A DNA stretch of 42,880 nucleotides from a virus. Its lineage: Duplodnaviria; Caudoviricetes. Below, piece after piece: positions 1 through 8,442 of the stretch (position 1 is its first letter; the number at the start of each line of letters is the position of its first letter). The position numbers and the translations under genes were made by a program. The notes beneath the pieces are model-generated. The model saw only the letters and a program-made list of their open reading frames with translations, was not told the origin of the DNA and made no database searches. The DNA lies in the IMG/VR virus record IMGVR_UViG_3300032280_000880, positions 1 through 42,880 of that record. The stretch is one strand, 5' to 3'.

Positions 1-278
1 GTAAACTTTTCAAATTCTGCCATGAACCACTCAAAGTGACCTTCGTTCAAGTCCGGCACTCGACTCAGCTGTATTCCTGTGGCAGCCGAGATCACTTCCA
101 CTGTGGGCAGGGTCTTGTGATCTCGGCTGTGTTGTTGGATAAATTCAGCCACAGGACGCAGCTTGCGATCAAAGTTTTCGGGATTGTAGATGTTCTGCAC
201 ACGCACATAGCTGCCGGCATCTTCCAACATCATTTCCAGAAAAATTTTCTGAACATCAATTGAGTAGTCTTTTAGCAA
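1..278 (-). CDS. Replicative DNA helicase (DnaB/gp41-like), N-terminal part, truncated by window edge
   Basis: Not in the ORF track. Manual translation from TTG at 278 gives MLKDYSIDVQKIFLEMMLEDAGSYVRVQNIYNPENFDRKLRPVAEFIQQHS...HFEWFMAEFEKFT, open to base 1. It overlaps the primase end and resembles gp41 N-termini of T4-like phages. ATPase motifs would lie outside the window. Confidence 0.7.
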   Translation of the reverse strand, partial: MLKDYSIDVQKIFLEMMLEDAGSYVRVQNIYNPENFDRKLRPVAEFIQQHSRDHKTLPTVEVISAATGIQLSRVPDLNEGHFEWFMAEFEKF

Positions 279-1245
279 GTTGCTTCCTTTTCATTTCAAT
301 CTTTATACGCGATGTTTCTCGGGCCTGGAATATAGTTAGCAAGGCTCCTACTCGACCCAGGCAAATCACAGCATCATTTACATCCTTGCAACCCTCGGGC
401 CACTCAGGCATGCTCACGGCCCAGCCCAGTTCTAGGGCACGATCCACCAGGTCCATGCCAGCTCGATCTTGATCTGGCACCACTGTGACTTCTCTGCCCA
501 AACTTCTTATCAGTCGAGCCTGAGCGTCACTTACGGTGTTGTGCATCAAGGCCAAGCCACCTATGCTGAGTGCGTCAAATATGCCTTCGGTCACAATCAC
601 ATGCTGCCACCCTGGCCGCTGCAGGTCTGTGCCAAACACATAGCCCGGTTGTGAGTGATTGATGTACCGGGGTTGCCGGTTGTCTAAAAATCTAGCACAC
701 CACCCTACCACTTGATCATGATGCATGAACGGAATGATCACTTGTGGCCTGACCCAGTGAACGCCGTCATTTTCAATTGCAGTCATCACAGGATAATCTT
801 CCGGAACGCCACGCTGTCTCAAGTATTGCCACTGTGCCAAATGCTCGGCAGTGACCAATTCACTAAATGGTGGAAATTCGTCACACTCGTCGAACTTAAT
901 GTCAGTGATAGCATTGGCCACTCGTTGCCGATCATCAATGATGCCATACACGCTGCGATGTCTCAAGCTGTCAAGATTGAGTTGATCAATATCACTATCA
1001 CTCACACCCAACCAAGTCAACAGTTGTCTAGCTCGAAATCCCAAGGCACGACCCATCACAAAACTGGCAGTGAACTGGCAGTTGAAGCAGTGGTAAGAAA
1101 ACCCCAAATCAGTGATTTTGATCCCGCCACGCTGTCGACGGTCAGGCGATTGCCCACGATGGGCACAGCACACAGCATTGAAGCTGATCCAGCCCGAAGG
1201 CGTTGACTTGCGTTTGCCCGGCAGTAAACTCACCACATCAATCAT
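256..1245 (-). CDS. DNA primase (gp61/DnaG-like)
   Basis: N-terminal Zn finger (CCAH...HCFNC) and TOPRIM motifs VIVTEGIFDALSI, VPDQDRAG, GCKDVNDAV. Start placed at ATG 1245, just downstream of a promoter. Confidence 0.9.
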   Translation of the reverse strand: MIDVVSLLPGKRKSTPSGWISFNAVCCAHRGQSPDRRQRGGIKITDLGFSYHCFNCQFTASFVMGRALGFRARQLLTWLGVSDSDIDQLNLDSLRHRSVYGIIDDRQRVANAITDIKFDECDEFPPFSELVTAEHLAQWQYLRQRGVPEDYPVMTAIENDGVHWVRPQVIIPFMHHDQVVGWCARFLDNRQPRYINHSQPGYVFGTDLQRPGWQHVIVTEGIFDALSIGGLALMHNTVSDAQARLIRSLGREVTVVPDQDRAGMDLVDRALELGWAVSMPEWPEGCKDVNDAVICLGRVGALLTIFQARETSRIKIEMKRKQLAKRLLN

Positions 1246-1250
1246 GCTAT

Positions 1251-1280
1251 ATTGTAGCACAATTGCAACTGAGAGATCAA
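1251..1280 (-). promoter_or_regulatory. Sigma70-like promoter (TTGATC-N18-TACAAT, extended -10 TG) for primase
   Basis: The -10 element ends 5 nt before the ATG at 1245; no Shine-Dalgarno. Confidence 0.55.
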
Positions 1281-1293
1281 CAGTTCCGGCAAT

Positions 1294-2403
1294 TTATCGA
1301 TATAGGAGATTGGTCACAAAGCCTGTGGTAACAATCACCACTGCTGGGTTCATGGTAGGGGGACTTGGTCTATAACCTGAACCACCTGACACAACCTCAA
1401 TGCTGCTCACAGTGCCCTGGCTGCCCAAATATGCTCGCGCCACTGCACCGGCGCCTGTGCCCACAATGCTGATGTGCGGCGGTGCCATGTAGCCCAGACC
1501 AGGATTGGTCACTGTGATGCCAGTGATCACTCCCTCAGTGGCCTGTACTGTGGCCTGTGCAGGTTGTGCTGGCTGGTCTAGACTGCTGAAAATGCTGTTG
1601 TTGAACGCCACTCTCAACAGGGGATGCCAGCCCATGACCGTGATGTAAATGGTACCAGTGTGATTGAGATAGCTGACAGATTCAGTCACATTGTACCAAA
1701 TGCTTTGATAGTTTTGGGCAGCTTGAGTTTTGATAGTACCAGTATAGCCCACAAGATCCATTTGTATGGTTGTGACCGAACTGGAGGGCTCAATGAAACT
1801 GCTGTAGTATTCCAAATTCTGATAAGGGTTTTGCGAGTATCCACCTGCATATGCACCCTGCAGACTCCAGTCTGGATAATCGCCTGGCGAAGCTGCACCG
1901 TAGTCGTTTTGTGCCACGGTGCGGGTGGTGGGTATGGTGAGCTCTGTGCTGGGCAGGCTCACAGGCCAGACCGAATTCACAATGTCCACTGCGGCTCGGG
2001 CACCTGCTTGTGCGTCCACAAACACAGCTTCCACCAAGTTGCCACTGGCTCGAGTGATACTGTAGCTGGCAGGCTGTGCTGTGAGTTCCACTAGATCTTG
2101 TGCCTCCAGTGTGACTCGGGCTCGGCCTGCGGTGGCGTTGATAATGGTCATGGGTTTTTCCAACAACAGTTCAACACCGTCTTGGCTGACCATGCGGAAT
2201 GTCAACACACTGCCTGTGATGTTGAAGGGCTTTTGATCTTGATTGATGAACTCAAACAACAGCACATTGTCAACACCTAGATTAACGGTCAATCGTTTTG
2301 CGTACACTGGGTCATACCTATAGGGAAAAGTTGAACCACCGCTGGCATCCATCATTAACACTCGTGTGACCTGCTGGTAGATATAAGCTGTGGTAGAATA
2401 CAT
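1294..2403 (-). CDS. Virion structural protein (baseplate/tail-associated)
   Basis: BppU-like beta-rich N-terminus (LLFEFINQDQKPFNITG...GRARVTL). C-terminal GVITGITVTNPGLGY...VSSIEVVSGGSGY repeats are typical of T4-like tail/baseplate proteins. TAAATA upstream. Confidence 0.6.
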   Translation of the reverse strand: MYSTTAYIYQQVTRVLMMDASGGSTFPYRYDPVYAKRLTVNLGVDNVLLFEFINQDQKPFNITGSVLTFRMVSQDGVELLLEKPMTIINATAGRARVTLEAQDLVELTAQPASYSITRASGNLVEAVFVDAQAGARAAVDIVNSVWPVSLPSTELTIPTTRTVAQNDYGAASPGDYPDWSLQGAYAGGYSQNPYQNLEYYSSFIEPSSSVTTIQMDLVGYTGTIKTQAAQNYQSIWYNVTESVSYLNHTGTIYITVMGWHPLLRVAFNNSIFSSLDQPAQPAQATVQATEGVITGITVTNPGLGYMAPPHISIVGTGAGAVARAYLGSQGTVSSIEVVSGGSGYRPSPPTMNPAVVIVTTGFVTNLLYR

Positions 2404-2409
2404 ACATGT

Positions 2410-2450
2410 TATTTATCGATATTTGCCGGATGATTTTGGTTGTATAAATA
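2410..2450. promoter_or_regulatory. Divergent pair of T4-type late promoters (TAAATA on minus strand 2410-2415; TATAAATA on plus strand 2443-2450)
   Basis: The plus-strand site matches the T4 late consensus TATAAATA. Each motif sits 6 nt before an ATG (2403 and 2457). Confidence 0.7.
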
Positions 2451-2456
2451 TCATCA

Positions 2457-2834
2457 ATGAGCCCTGATATCTTTGCCAAATTGGCCGAAAAATACCCGTT
2501 TATCACTCTTTGCACTTATGCTGCCAACGAGTATGTGGGTATCATACAAAATAGAGACGACTTTATCACCACCATCTACGACTTTGGCAGCATTGTGGAA
2601 GCAGAACAAAAACGACTGTTTTTAGAATTGGCCAATGTGTGGTGGTGGGAAAGCAATCGCAGCATACCCATCAACATATTTCTCAAACATGAGTGGGAGC
2701 CATTTCGACCCTATCTGCGTACATTCACCAATCGAGATCTCGAAATACTACACGGACCGGTTTGCAGCCTGTCAGAAATCAGCCGCAAAAAAACCAAGCG
2801 GAAATCAATCACCCTGGTTCGACGTGTGGAGTAG
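2457..2834 (+). CDS. Hypothetical phage protein (125 aa)
   Basis: Clean ORF behind TATAAATA, with a WWWESNR motif and a basic C-terminus. Confidence 0.75.
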   Translation: MSPDIFAKLAEKYPFITLCTYAANEYVGIIQNRDDFITTIYDFGSIVEAEQKRLFLELANVWWWESNRSIPINIFLKHEWEPFRPYLRTFTNRDLEILHGPVCSLSEISRKKTKRKSITLVRRVE

Positions 2835-3383
2835 GTTCATGTGCAGCGATACCAAGGCTGCATAGCCAATGGCGTGAGCATGCTTGAACACAAACCCCCG
2901 ACTGTCATCTCCGTCCCACACTGATTCAAACACCTGTTCCCAGGGTTGGTTTTGCAAGTGAGTCTTGCCCGGACGAATGATACTGATGAATGCTGCCATT
3001 CTTGGCACAGAATCTGGCCTCATGCTTTTCAACAACTCAGTATAGTTGCCCACATGTACCAGTTGAGCAGCCCAGGTGGAATCTTGCCACAATCGAGACC
3101 AAGGTGGCTCCTGAGACAGCAATTGATTGTAGTGATCTTGATCACGAATCAACTGGTACACACTCATGTTCAGCAAATCAATCTTGAAGTAGCCCCGAGA
3201 CTCGGCCTCTTGATAGTCTATGGCAGCACAGCCCAACACAGGATCTCTGGGTATGTTGGTCACATACACGCCTGAATTGTGCCGGCGTGCCTGATCATTT
3301 ACCGTTTGTCTTGCTGGAGTATGACGTATCAATGCCAGCAATTGATCCCGATTGGCCAGGTCAATGTCAATGTCGGCGCTCAT
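2805..3383 (-). CDS. Miniature DNA polymerase III alpha (DnaE)-like protein, palm motifs only
   Basis: DIDID, HNSGVYV, GYFKIDLL, ISIIRPG and FKHAHAIGYA match DnaE motifs PDFDVD, HAGGVVI, KFDFLG, ALFRPG and FNKSHAAAY. The start is coupled to the upstream stop (TAATG). Confidence 0.75.
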   Translation of the reverse strand: MSADIDIDLANRDQLLALIRHTPARQTVNDQARRHNSGVYVTNIPRDPVLGCAAIDYQEAESRGYFKIDLLNMSVYQLIRDQDHYNQLLSQEPPWSRLWQDSTWAAQLVHVGNYTELLKSMRPDSVPRMAAFISIIRPGKTHLQNQPWEQVFESVWDGDDSRGFVFKHAHAIGYAALVSLHMNLLHTSNQGD

Positions 3384-4057
3384 TACCAACCTGCTTTCTT
3401 TAATATATCTCGAGCATACTCAACATCAGCTGGGTAGTCCCGGAATCGTTTTTGCCAGGCATCAGCATCAATGTAGGGCCAGATCACAGACACCAAGTCT
3501 GGTGTGAGGTCGCTGAGAAACTGTTGTCCAGAATCAGAATTGTAAATGGCCCAGGCACTGATTCTACCCGCTGTGATGGCATGACAGATCACATTGGCGT
3601 TGCCGTATCGCATGCAATCCTGTGCCGGACTGCCAGTGGTTTCTTGCCAGGCGATACCAAACTCCATGGCTCGCGCCAGAGCATCGTCCACAGTTTCCAT
3701 GCGCAGGTACTGTATCAAGAACTCGGTGTACATGCTGTCACGACACCAGTGATCTATCTTTTTGTTTTGCTTCAGCAACCAGATCATGAATTGTTCGGGA
3801 TTGATCACTCGTGTGTTCACACAATAACGACCAAATCGCACAAATGCTCGATAGTAAGGAGATTCAGCAAAATCCTCAAATGTCTTGAGCTGTGCAGAAC
3901 CCTGACACAGTTCGTAGAATTTGAGATAGCCATACATGGCCAGTCTCACACCGGGTTCGTTTTGCTCCAGTCGTCGACGTCGAGGTTCGCAGGCATGCAC
4001 TGCAAGACTGCTTTCTCGCACAAAGTCTCTTTTGCAAAACTCACACCGATGTGTCAT
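3383..4057 (-). CDS. Hypothetical protein with N-terminal zinc finger
   Basis: CEFC-x12-HAC motif; translationally coupled to both neighbours. Confidence 0.7.
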   Translation of the reverse strand: MTHRCEFCKRDFVRESSLAVHACEPRRRRLEQNEPGVRLAMYGYLKFYELCQGSAQLKTFEDFAESPYYRAFVRFGRYCVNTRVINPEQFMIWLLKQNKKIDHWCRDSMYTEFLIQYLRMETVDDALARAMEFGIAWQETTGSPAQDCMRYGNANVICHAITAGRISAWAIYNSDSGQQFLSDLTPDLVSVIWPYIDADAWQKRFRDYPADVEYARDILKKAGW

Positions 4058-4497
4058 TGTTCCTGACCGTGCTGCCGGATATACTCGGCTAGTTCTTTTT
4101 TGGTGGTGATCTCGGCCAGCAAATCAATTTCGTCACCGTTGAAATGCGGAAACAAGTTGCTCAATTGTTTTTTCACAGAACTGGCACCGGGTTCTCGTTT
4201 ACGTGGCGAAATCCACTGATGCCGCTGTGCGCCTAGATCTGGACTCACTGTGGTGGCACACAACCACTGCAAGTCTGGCAACTTGCCCAAGGAGAAAAAA
4301 TGTTTGTTCAATCGCTCGTTGGTGGCAATCACATAGAATTCCTGCAGTTCTCGGGAACCTTGTACACCACTGGCCCAGCGTATCATGAGATAGTTGGAAA
4401 ACTTCTTGCGTTCTTCTGGGGTAAGGTCACGATAAAAATCACGGTTCTTGCGATCCAACTGGGACATTTCGTTGGCAATATTTAATTTGTCACTCAT
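4054..4497 (-). CDS. Clamp-loader small subunit-like protein (gp62-like)
   Basis: FSNYLMIRWAS...N..HF..L..LQW......HQWI pattern and size resemble the gp62 family; replication gene context. Confidence 0.5.
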   Translation of the reverse strand: MSDKLNIANEMSQLDRKNRDFYRDLTPEERKKFSNYLMIRWASGVQGSRELQEFYVIATNERLNKHFFSLGKLPDLQWLCATTVSPDLGAQRHQWISPRKREPGASSVKKQLSNLFPHFNGDEIDLLAEITTKKELAEYIRQHGQEQ

Positions 4498-4744
4498 TTT
4501 TTTTGCTCAGGTGATATATCACTATAGCACGATCCAGGGCATCCCGTAAAGCAGGATTGGTTTCGGCGGCTCGACGAATGTTGCCCCACAAAAGGTTTTG
4601 TTCAAGATCTTTTACCAGTCCCGCTGCCTTTAGACTTTGTCCAATCATGCGACGCTCTGTAGAGCCCGACTCTCTGGCATACACAGTTTCTCCCCCATCA
4701 GGGCTTTCGTAGATGTAGGTGGCACCAGATTTAAGACTTCCCAT
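4490..4744 (-). CDS. Hypothetical protein (84 aa)
   Basis: YIYESPDGGETVYARE motif common in T4-like phage small proteins. Start moved to ATG 4744 because the upstream region holds another small ORF. Confidence 0.7.
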   Translation of the reverse strand: MGSLKSGATYIYESPDGGETVYARESGSTERRMIGQSLKAAGLVKDLEQNLLWGNIRRAAETNPALRDALDRAIVIYHLSKKNE

Positions 4745-4877
4745 GTTCATAACCCCATTCCAACAACACCCAGTCAAGGAATCGTTGCACAGCATCATGA
4801 TCTTGAGGATAGCTGGCACCGTACAATTCTGCCATGCGTGTGATTGCTCGAATAAGTTCGGGTTCGGTGTATGGCAT
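4731..4877 (-). CDS. Small hypothetical protein (48 aa, MPYTEPELIRAITRMAELYG...WGYEHGKS)
   Basis: Manual translation; fills the gap between two minus-strand genes and is below the ORF-track size cutoff. Confidence 0.55.
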   Translation of the reverse strand: MPYTEPELIRAITRMAELYGASYPQDHDAVQRFLDWVLLEWGYEHGKS

Positions 4878-4878
4878 G

Positions 4879-5379
4879 TTACCAGGCTCGGTTGTAGTCC
4901 ACAATCTCACAGTTGCGGCTAATGTCTTTCACAAAGTACACACAGGGTGGTGTCTCTCCAGAAGCCAATGGCACACACAACATCTGTCCGTTCTTGAGTT
5001 TGGGTGCATGCCAAGTGACTTCATGGTACACATCCAGGATTTCGATGTCGGGGAAACTAGGACGGAAACTGGACAGTGGATTGAATTCAAACACACGGAA
5101 TCCTCGATCATTGATGGATGTGAGTGGCAGTGCTTCCAGGTCACCCAGATCAGGTTCTCCAATCAGGATCTGCCAGTCAATGGGCATCTTGATGCGATGC
5201 TCGCCAATTCTCAGCACCAAGGCTGGGCTCACAAAGCTCTCTAAAAAGATTAACGGAATATAAAAATAATCCGGGTCCTTGGGGTCGCTGTTGTCCAGGA
5301 TGGCAAAGCGCATGTCGTCCACTTCGTCGGGCAAGTGGTTCAAATCAAATGTGGCGTTGTCAAGAGTTAGTATTTGCAT
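4879..5379 (-). CDS. Hypothetical protein, possibly a degenerate Hint-fold protein (166 aa)
   Basis: Start at ATG 5379 behind a sigma70 promoter. The beta-strand pattern resembles Hint blocks but lacks the catalytic residues. Confidence 0.65.
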   Translation of the reverse strand: MQILTLDNATFDLNHLPDEVDDMRFAILDNSDPKDPDYFYIPLIFLESFVSPALVLRIGEHRIKMPIDWQILIGEPDLGDLEALPLTSINDRGFRVFEFNPLSSFRPSFPDIEILDVYHEVTWHAPKLKNGQMLCVPLASGETPPCVYFVKDISRNCEIVDYNRAW

Positions 5380-5386
5380 TGCTATA

Positions 5387-5415
5387 ATAGTACAGGACTT
5401 TGTATCAAAAGTCAA
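5387..5415 (-). promoter_or_regulatory. Sigma70-like promoter TTGACT-N17-TACTAT
   Basis: Near-consensus elements with 17 bp spacing, 7 nt before ATG 5379. Confidence 0.65.
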
Positions 5416-6002
5416 TATTTTTTTCTCATAATCATTCCACAATCTGTGGTCCACTCTAACACTTCATATCCATGACACAGTAAATAGACTACGCACGGAC
5501 CGCATTTTCCCACCCAACATCCATTTAGTTGGTAGGTATCATCAAAAATTATCAAGGTGTCAGGGTTAAACGCTGGCATTAAATTTATGAGCTGCTGCAT
5601 GTGTTCGACTTGACAATTGACATTGTTCATTTCGACTCCCTGCCTGGCATAACTAGCTATTTGTTGTTTTATTCTTGTGTCGGTTTTTGCATCATTGATA
5701 TCATATAAGTAATCAAAATTGTCCAAATACAACACAGCAATATTGATACCGAGCTTGACATATTTGTTGGCCCATTTGCTGCCAGATTCTACTACAAATT
5801 CTACATTGTCAAATTCATGTTGTAATCGTTCCTGCGTCTCATTTGACACATCAACTGAAATTAATTTTGTTCCACATTTTTTTGCCAGCTTTGCCAATAC
5901 ATGTGTACTACCTTCATATCGATCACTGCCAATTTCTACAACAATACCACTGGGGTCAACTGGCATATATTTGTCAAGAAACTCAAATATTTTTATTCCC
6001 AT
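5412..6002 (-). CDS. Class I SAM-dependent methyltransferase
   Basis: VVEIGS...ST, ISVD, LYLD, IIFDD motifs (Methyltransf_24-like); more AT-rich than its flanks. Confidence 0.65.
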   Translation of the reverse strand: MGIKIFEFLDKYMPVDPSGIVVEIGSDRYEGSTHVLAKLAKKCGTKLISVDVSNETQERLQHEFDNVEFVVESGSKWANKYVKLGINIAVLYLDNFDYLYDINDAKTDTRIKQQIASYARQGVEMNNVNCQVEHMQQLINLMPAFNPDTLIIFDDTYQLNGCWVGKCGPCVVYLLCHGYEVLEWTTDCGMIMRKKY

Positions 6003-6006
6003 AATT

Positions 6007-7470
6007 TTATTTCATCCAGTCTAGTTTTTCTTGTGTGAAGGGATAGTTGGCCTCTTTGTAGAACTGTTTGCGCTTGGTCAAGTGACGTTTGGCAAATTTG
6101 CATGTTGATGTTATGTCCCAGATTTCCACATGGTCCTTGTCTTCTGCTTTCCTAATACCACGTCCAATAGATTGGATAACTCGCACAAAGCTCTTTCCGG
6201 GTTCCACAAGAACCAAATTAAAAATCCGAGGAATATTAATACCCACAGCGGCCACACCATAAGTCGCCACAATAATCTTGTCAGAGCTTTCAGCCACTTG
6301 ATCATATTCATCCTGTCTTGCCTTTGCTTTGGTAGCGCCCGATACAAACACAGCTCGATCACCTAGGCGTTCTACCAAGGCATGACCTGCTGCCACACGA
6401 TCCACCAAGACCAAAGTGTTGCCGGTGGCATTCACACGCTGTATTAGTGCAGCCACGGTGTCCAATCGTCCAGACTCTTCCAGCAAGTACTTGAGCTCGC
6501 TTTGATAATCCTTGTATTCTACCAAGTCCACCAACTGCACAATGTTCACATGGCACTGAGCCAGCACACCACGATCCTGCAGTTCACTGGCCGACAAGTG
6601 ACTGATCACAGGACCGATGCTCACAGTAAGTGGCACACTCTCAAACTTTTCCTTGGGCACGGTTCCTGTGAGTCCCCAGCGAATGGGCACACGACTCATG
6701 ACTCCTGTGAGCAAGGTCTTGAGTGCATCGGCTTTGGCCATATGCACTTCATCCACAATCACAGCCACTACATCTTGCAAAAAATCCTGTATGGTATACT
6801 CAGCCACGCCCGATTGTGTGTTCTTCATCAACACATTGAGACTCTGCCAGGTGCAAATGGTGTGAGTGAGTCCCAGTTCTTTTCTATCGCCAAAGTACAC
6901 ACCCACATCCAGGCCCAGTGCACGATAGTCCTTTTCAGTTTGAGTTACCAGGCTCTTGTTGGGCACAATCACTATGGTGCGACCATGTGCTTCACAGCGT
7001 TGGCTCAGTGCAGCAGTCATGATGGTCTTGCCTGCACCCGTGGCCACTTCTTGCAGGCACTGTGGATTGCTCAAAAAGTCATTGACAATGCGAACCTGAT
7101 AGTCTCGCAACTGAATAGGTTGGCCCACTAGCGGATGTCCGGTGCCCCAGGCAATGTGGGCAAAACTGTCTTCTTGCACACTTGCAAATTCAAACTGGGT
7201 GGCATAATCTCGCTGATCATCTAGGTCAATGTCGTAATCATAGCGTTCCAGGATGGGCACAATCTCGGGCAAGAGATTCACGTAGGTGCTGCCACCCAAC
7301 TGAAAGAATCCCACTTTGCCGTCCCAGCGACCCAGTCTGTAGGCCGGACGAAATCGTGCAGTGGGGTCTTCGTACTTGAAGGCTTTAACCAAGGCCTTGC
7401 GAGTGTCAAGATCCAAGCCCTCGATTTTGATGTTTACTTCATCACGAATTACTATCGTTGCTTGTTTCAC
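6007..7470 (-). CDS. uvsW: UvsW-like SF2 DNA helicase
   Basis: LRDYQ, ATGAGKT, IVDEVH, GLTGT, GINIP and QSIGRGIR motifs. Confidence 0.92.
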   Translation of the reverse strand: MKQATIVIRDEVNIKIEGLDLDTRKALVKAFKYEDPTARFRPAYRLGRWDGKVGFFQLGGSTYVNLLPEIVPILERYDYDIDLDDQRDYATQFEFASVQEDSFAHIAWGTGHPLVGQPIQLRDYQVRIVNDFLSNPQCLQEVATGAGKTIMTAALSQRCEAHGRTIVIVPNKSLVTQTEKDYRALGLDVGVYFGDRKELGLTHTICTWQSLNVLMKNTQSGVAEYTIQDFLQDVVAVIVDEVHMAKADALKTLLTGVMSRVPIRWGLTGTVPKEKFESVPLTVSIGPVISHLSASELQDRGVLAQCHVNIVQLVDLVEYKDYQSELKYLLEESGRLDTVAALIQRVNATGNTLVLVDRVAAGHALVERLGDRAVFVSGATKAKARQDEYDQVAESSDKIIVATYGVAAVGINIPRIFNLVLVEPGKSFVRVIQSIGRGIRKAEDKDHVEIWDITSTCKFAKRHLTKRKQFYKEANYPFTQEKLDWMK

Positions 7471-8344
7471 AAATGGTTACCAGTTTTACAAATTGTCTTT
7501 CACGAATATCTGCTAGTAATTGATCTCTTGGCACAGTTTCTATCAGTTGTGCCACAGGAAATTTCAACGGAGCAAGTGCAACATTGCCGATGCTGCTGTA
7601 CCCGCGACTGTGAAAAAACTCTTGATGTTGATCAAAGTAGTTGATCATACCCATGGCTTTTTCAAGCACTTCACTTTCAGTTAATTCAAAAAATCTTGCC
7701 ACAAAATCTGCACTGTAAAAATCAAACGGCTTGAACGCATCGTCTGCAATGTACTGATCTTGATCCTGTGTCAAATCTTCAAGAGTTTTGCCAATCTCCA
7801 CATAGTTCAAACAAACTGATCCCCAGGCAGGATTTACTTCACCGTATTGTTGCATCAGTTCCCGGGGAAGCTGGTGGGTCTTGGGCATGCCAAACCAAGT
7901 GCACACAAATCTAGGTTGTCTAGATCTACCTACAGCCTCACATCTGTGCACAGCCAAATTCAATTCGGCCAAGGCCCTGCGAACAGTATCTGGTGCTGAT
8001 TGCCAAAATTCATGTGTTTGCTGATCTAGCAGTCCGTGATACATTTCAAATATATGATGCAGATAATTCAAATAATCTTGGTCATCAATGCTGGTAAATT
8101 CACGCTCCACAATAGGTCGGTGGGCATTGATTGTGGCCACACAATCCTGTATCATGTCGGCTGCACGATTTCGCTCTTGTGATTCAGAATCAAAATTGTA
8201 AAATCTGTTGGGATGATCCAAGCACCAGGAATCACGCAGGCTCATGCGCTCAAGCCAGAGATCAGCCAAAGGAGTGTCCAATATGCGAAACTTCAACTCA
8301 TAGTTGTCCTCGCCTAGTTCAATCTTCAAGAATCTTTGACTCAT
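7442..8344 (-). CDS. Hypothetical protein (300 aa), paralog of 18130..19023
   Basis: Long ORF with its own promoter; shares LN.LH, LNL.[VI]H..E and [IL]G[KR]TL motifs with the 18 kb ORF. Confidence 0.75.
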   Translation of the reverse strand: MSQRFLKIELGEDNYELKFRILDTPLADLWLERMSLRDSWCLDHPNRFYNFDSESQERNRAADMIQDCVATINAHRPIVEREFTSIDDQDYLNYLHHIFEMYHGLLDQQTHEFWQSAPDTVRRALAELNLAVHRCEAVGRSRQPRFVCTWFGMPKTHQLPRELMQQYGEVNPAWGSVCLNYVEIGKTLEDLTQDQDQYIADDAFKPFDFYSADFVARFFELTESEVLEKAMGMINYFDQHQEFFHSRGYSSIGNVALAPLKFPVAQLIETVPRDQLLADIRERQFVKLVTICETSNDSNS

Positions 8345-8349
8345 AGTGT

Positions 8350-8378
8350 ATTATATACAAAACAAAACTAAAAGTCAA
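8350..8378 (-). promoter_or_regulatory. Sigma70 promoter TTGACT-N17-TATAAT
   Basis: Near-perfect consensus, 5 nt upstream of ATG 8344. Confidence 0.8.
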
Positions 8379-8403
8379 AAAAACAGGCTCCAAAGAGCCT
8401 GTT
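8377..8403 (-). terminator. Rho-independent terminator after the AAA ATPase
   Basis: Stem AACAGGCTC/GAGCCTGTT with a 4-nt loop followed by a T-run on the minus strand. A second perfect inverted repeat, TGAACTGTGA-A-TCACAGTTCA, lies at 8409-8429. Confidence 0.8.
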
Positions 8404-8442
8404 GTAAATGAACTGTGAATCACAGTTCAGGAGCTAACTTGT

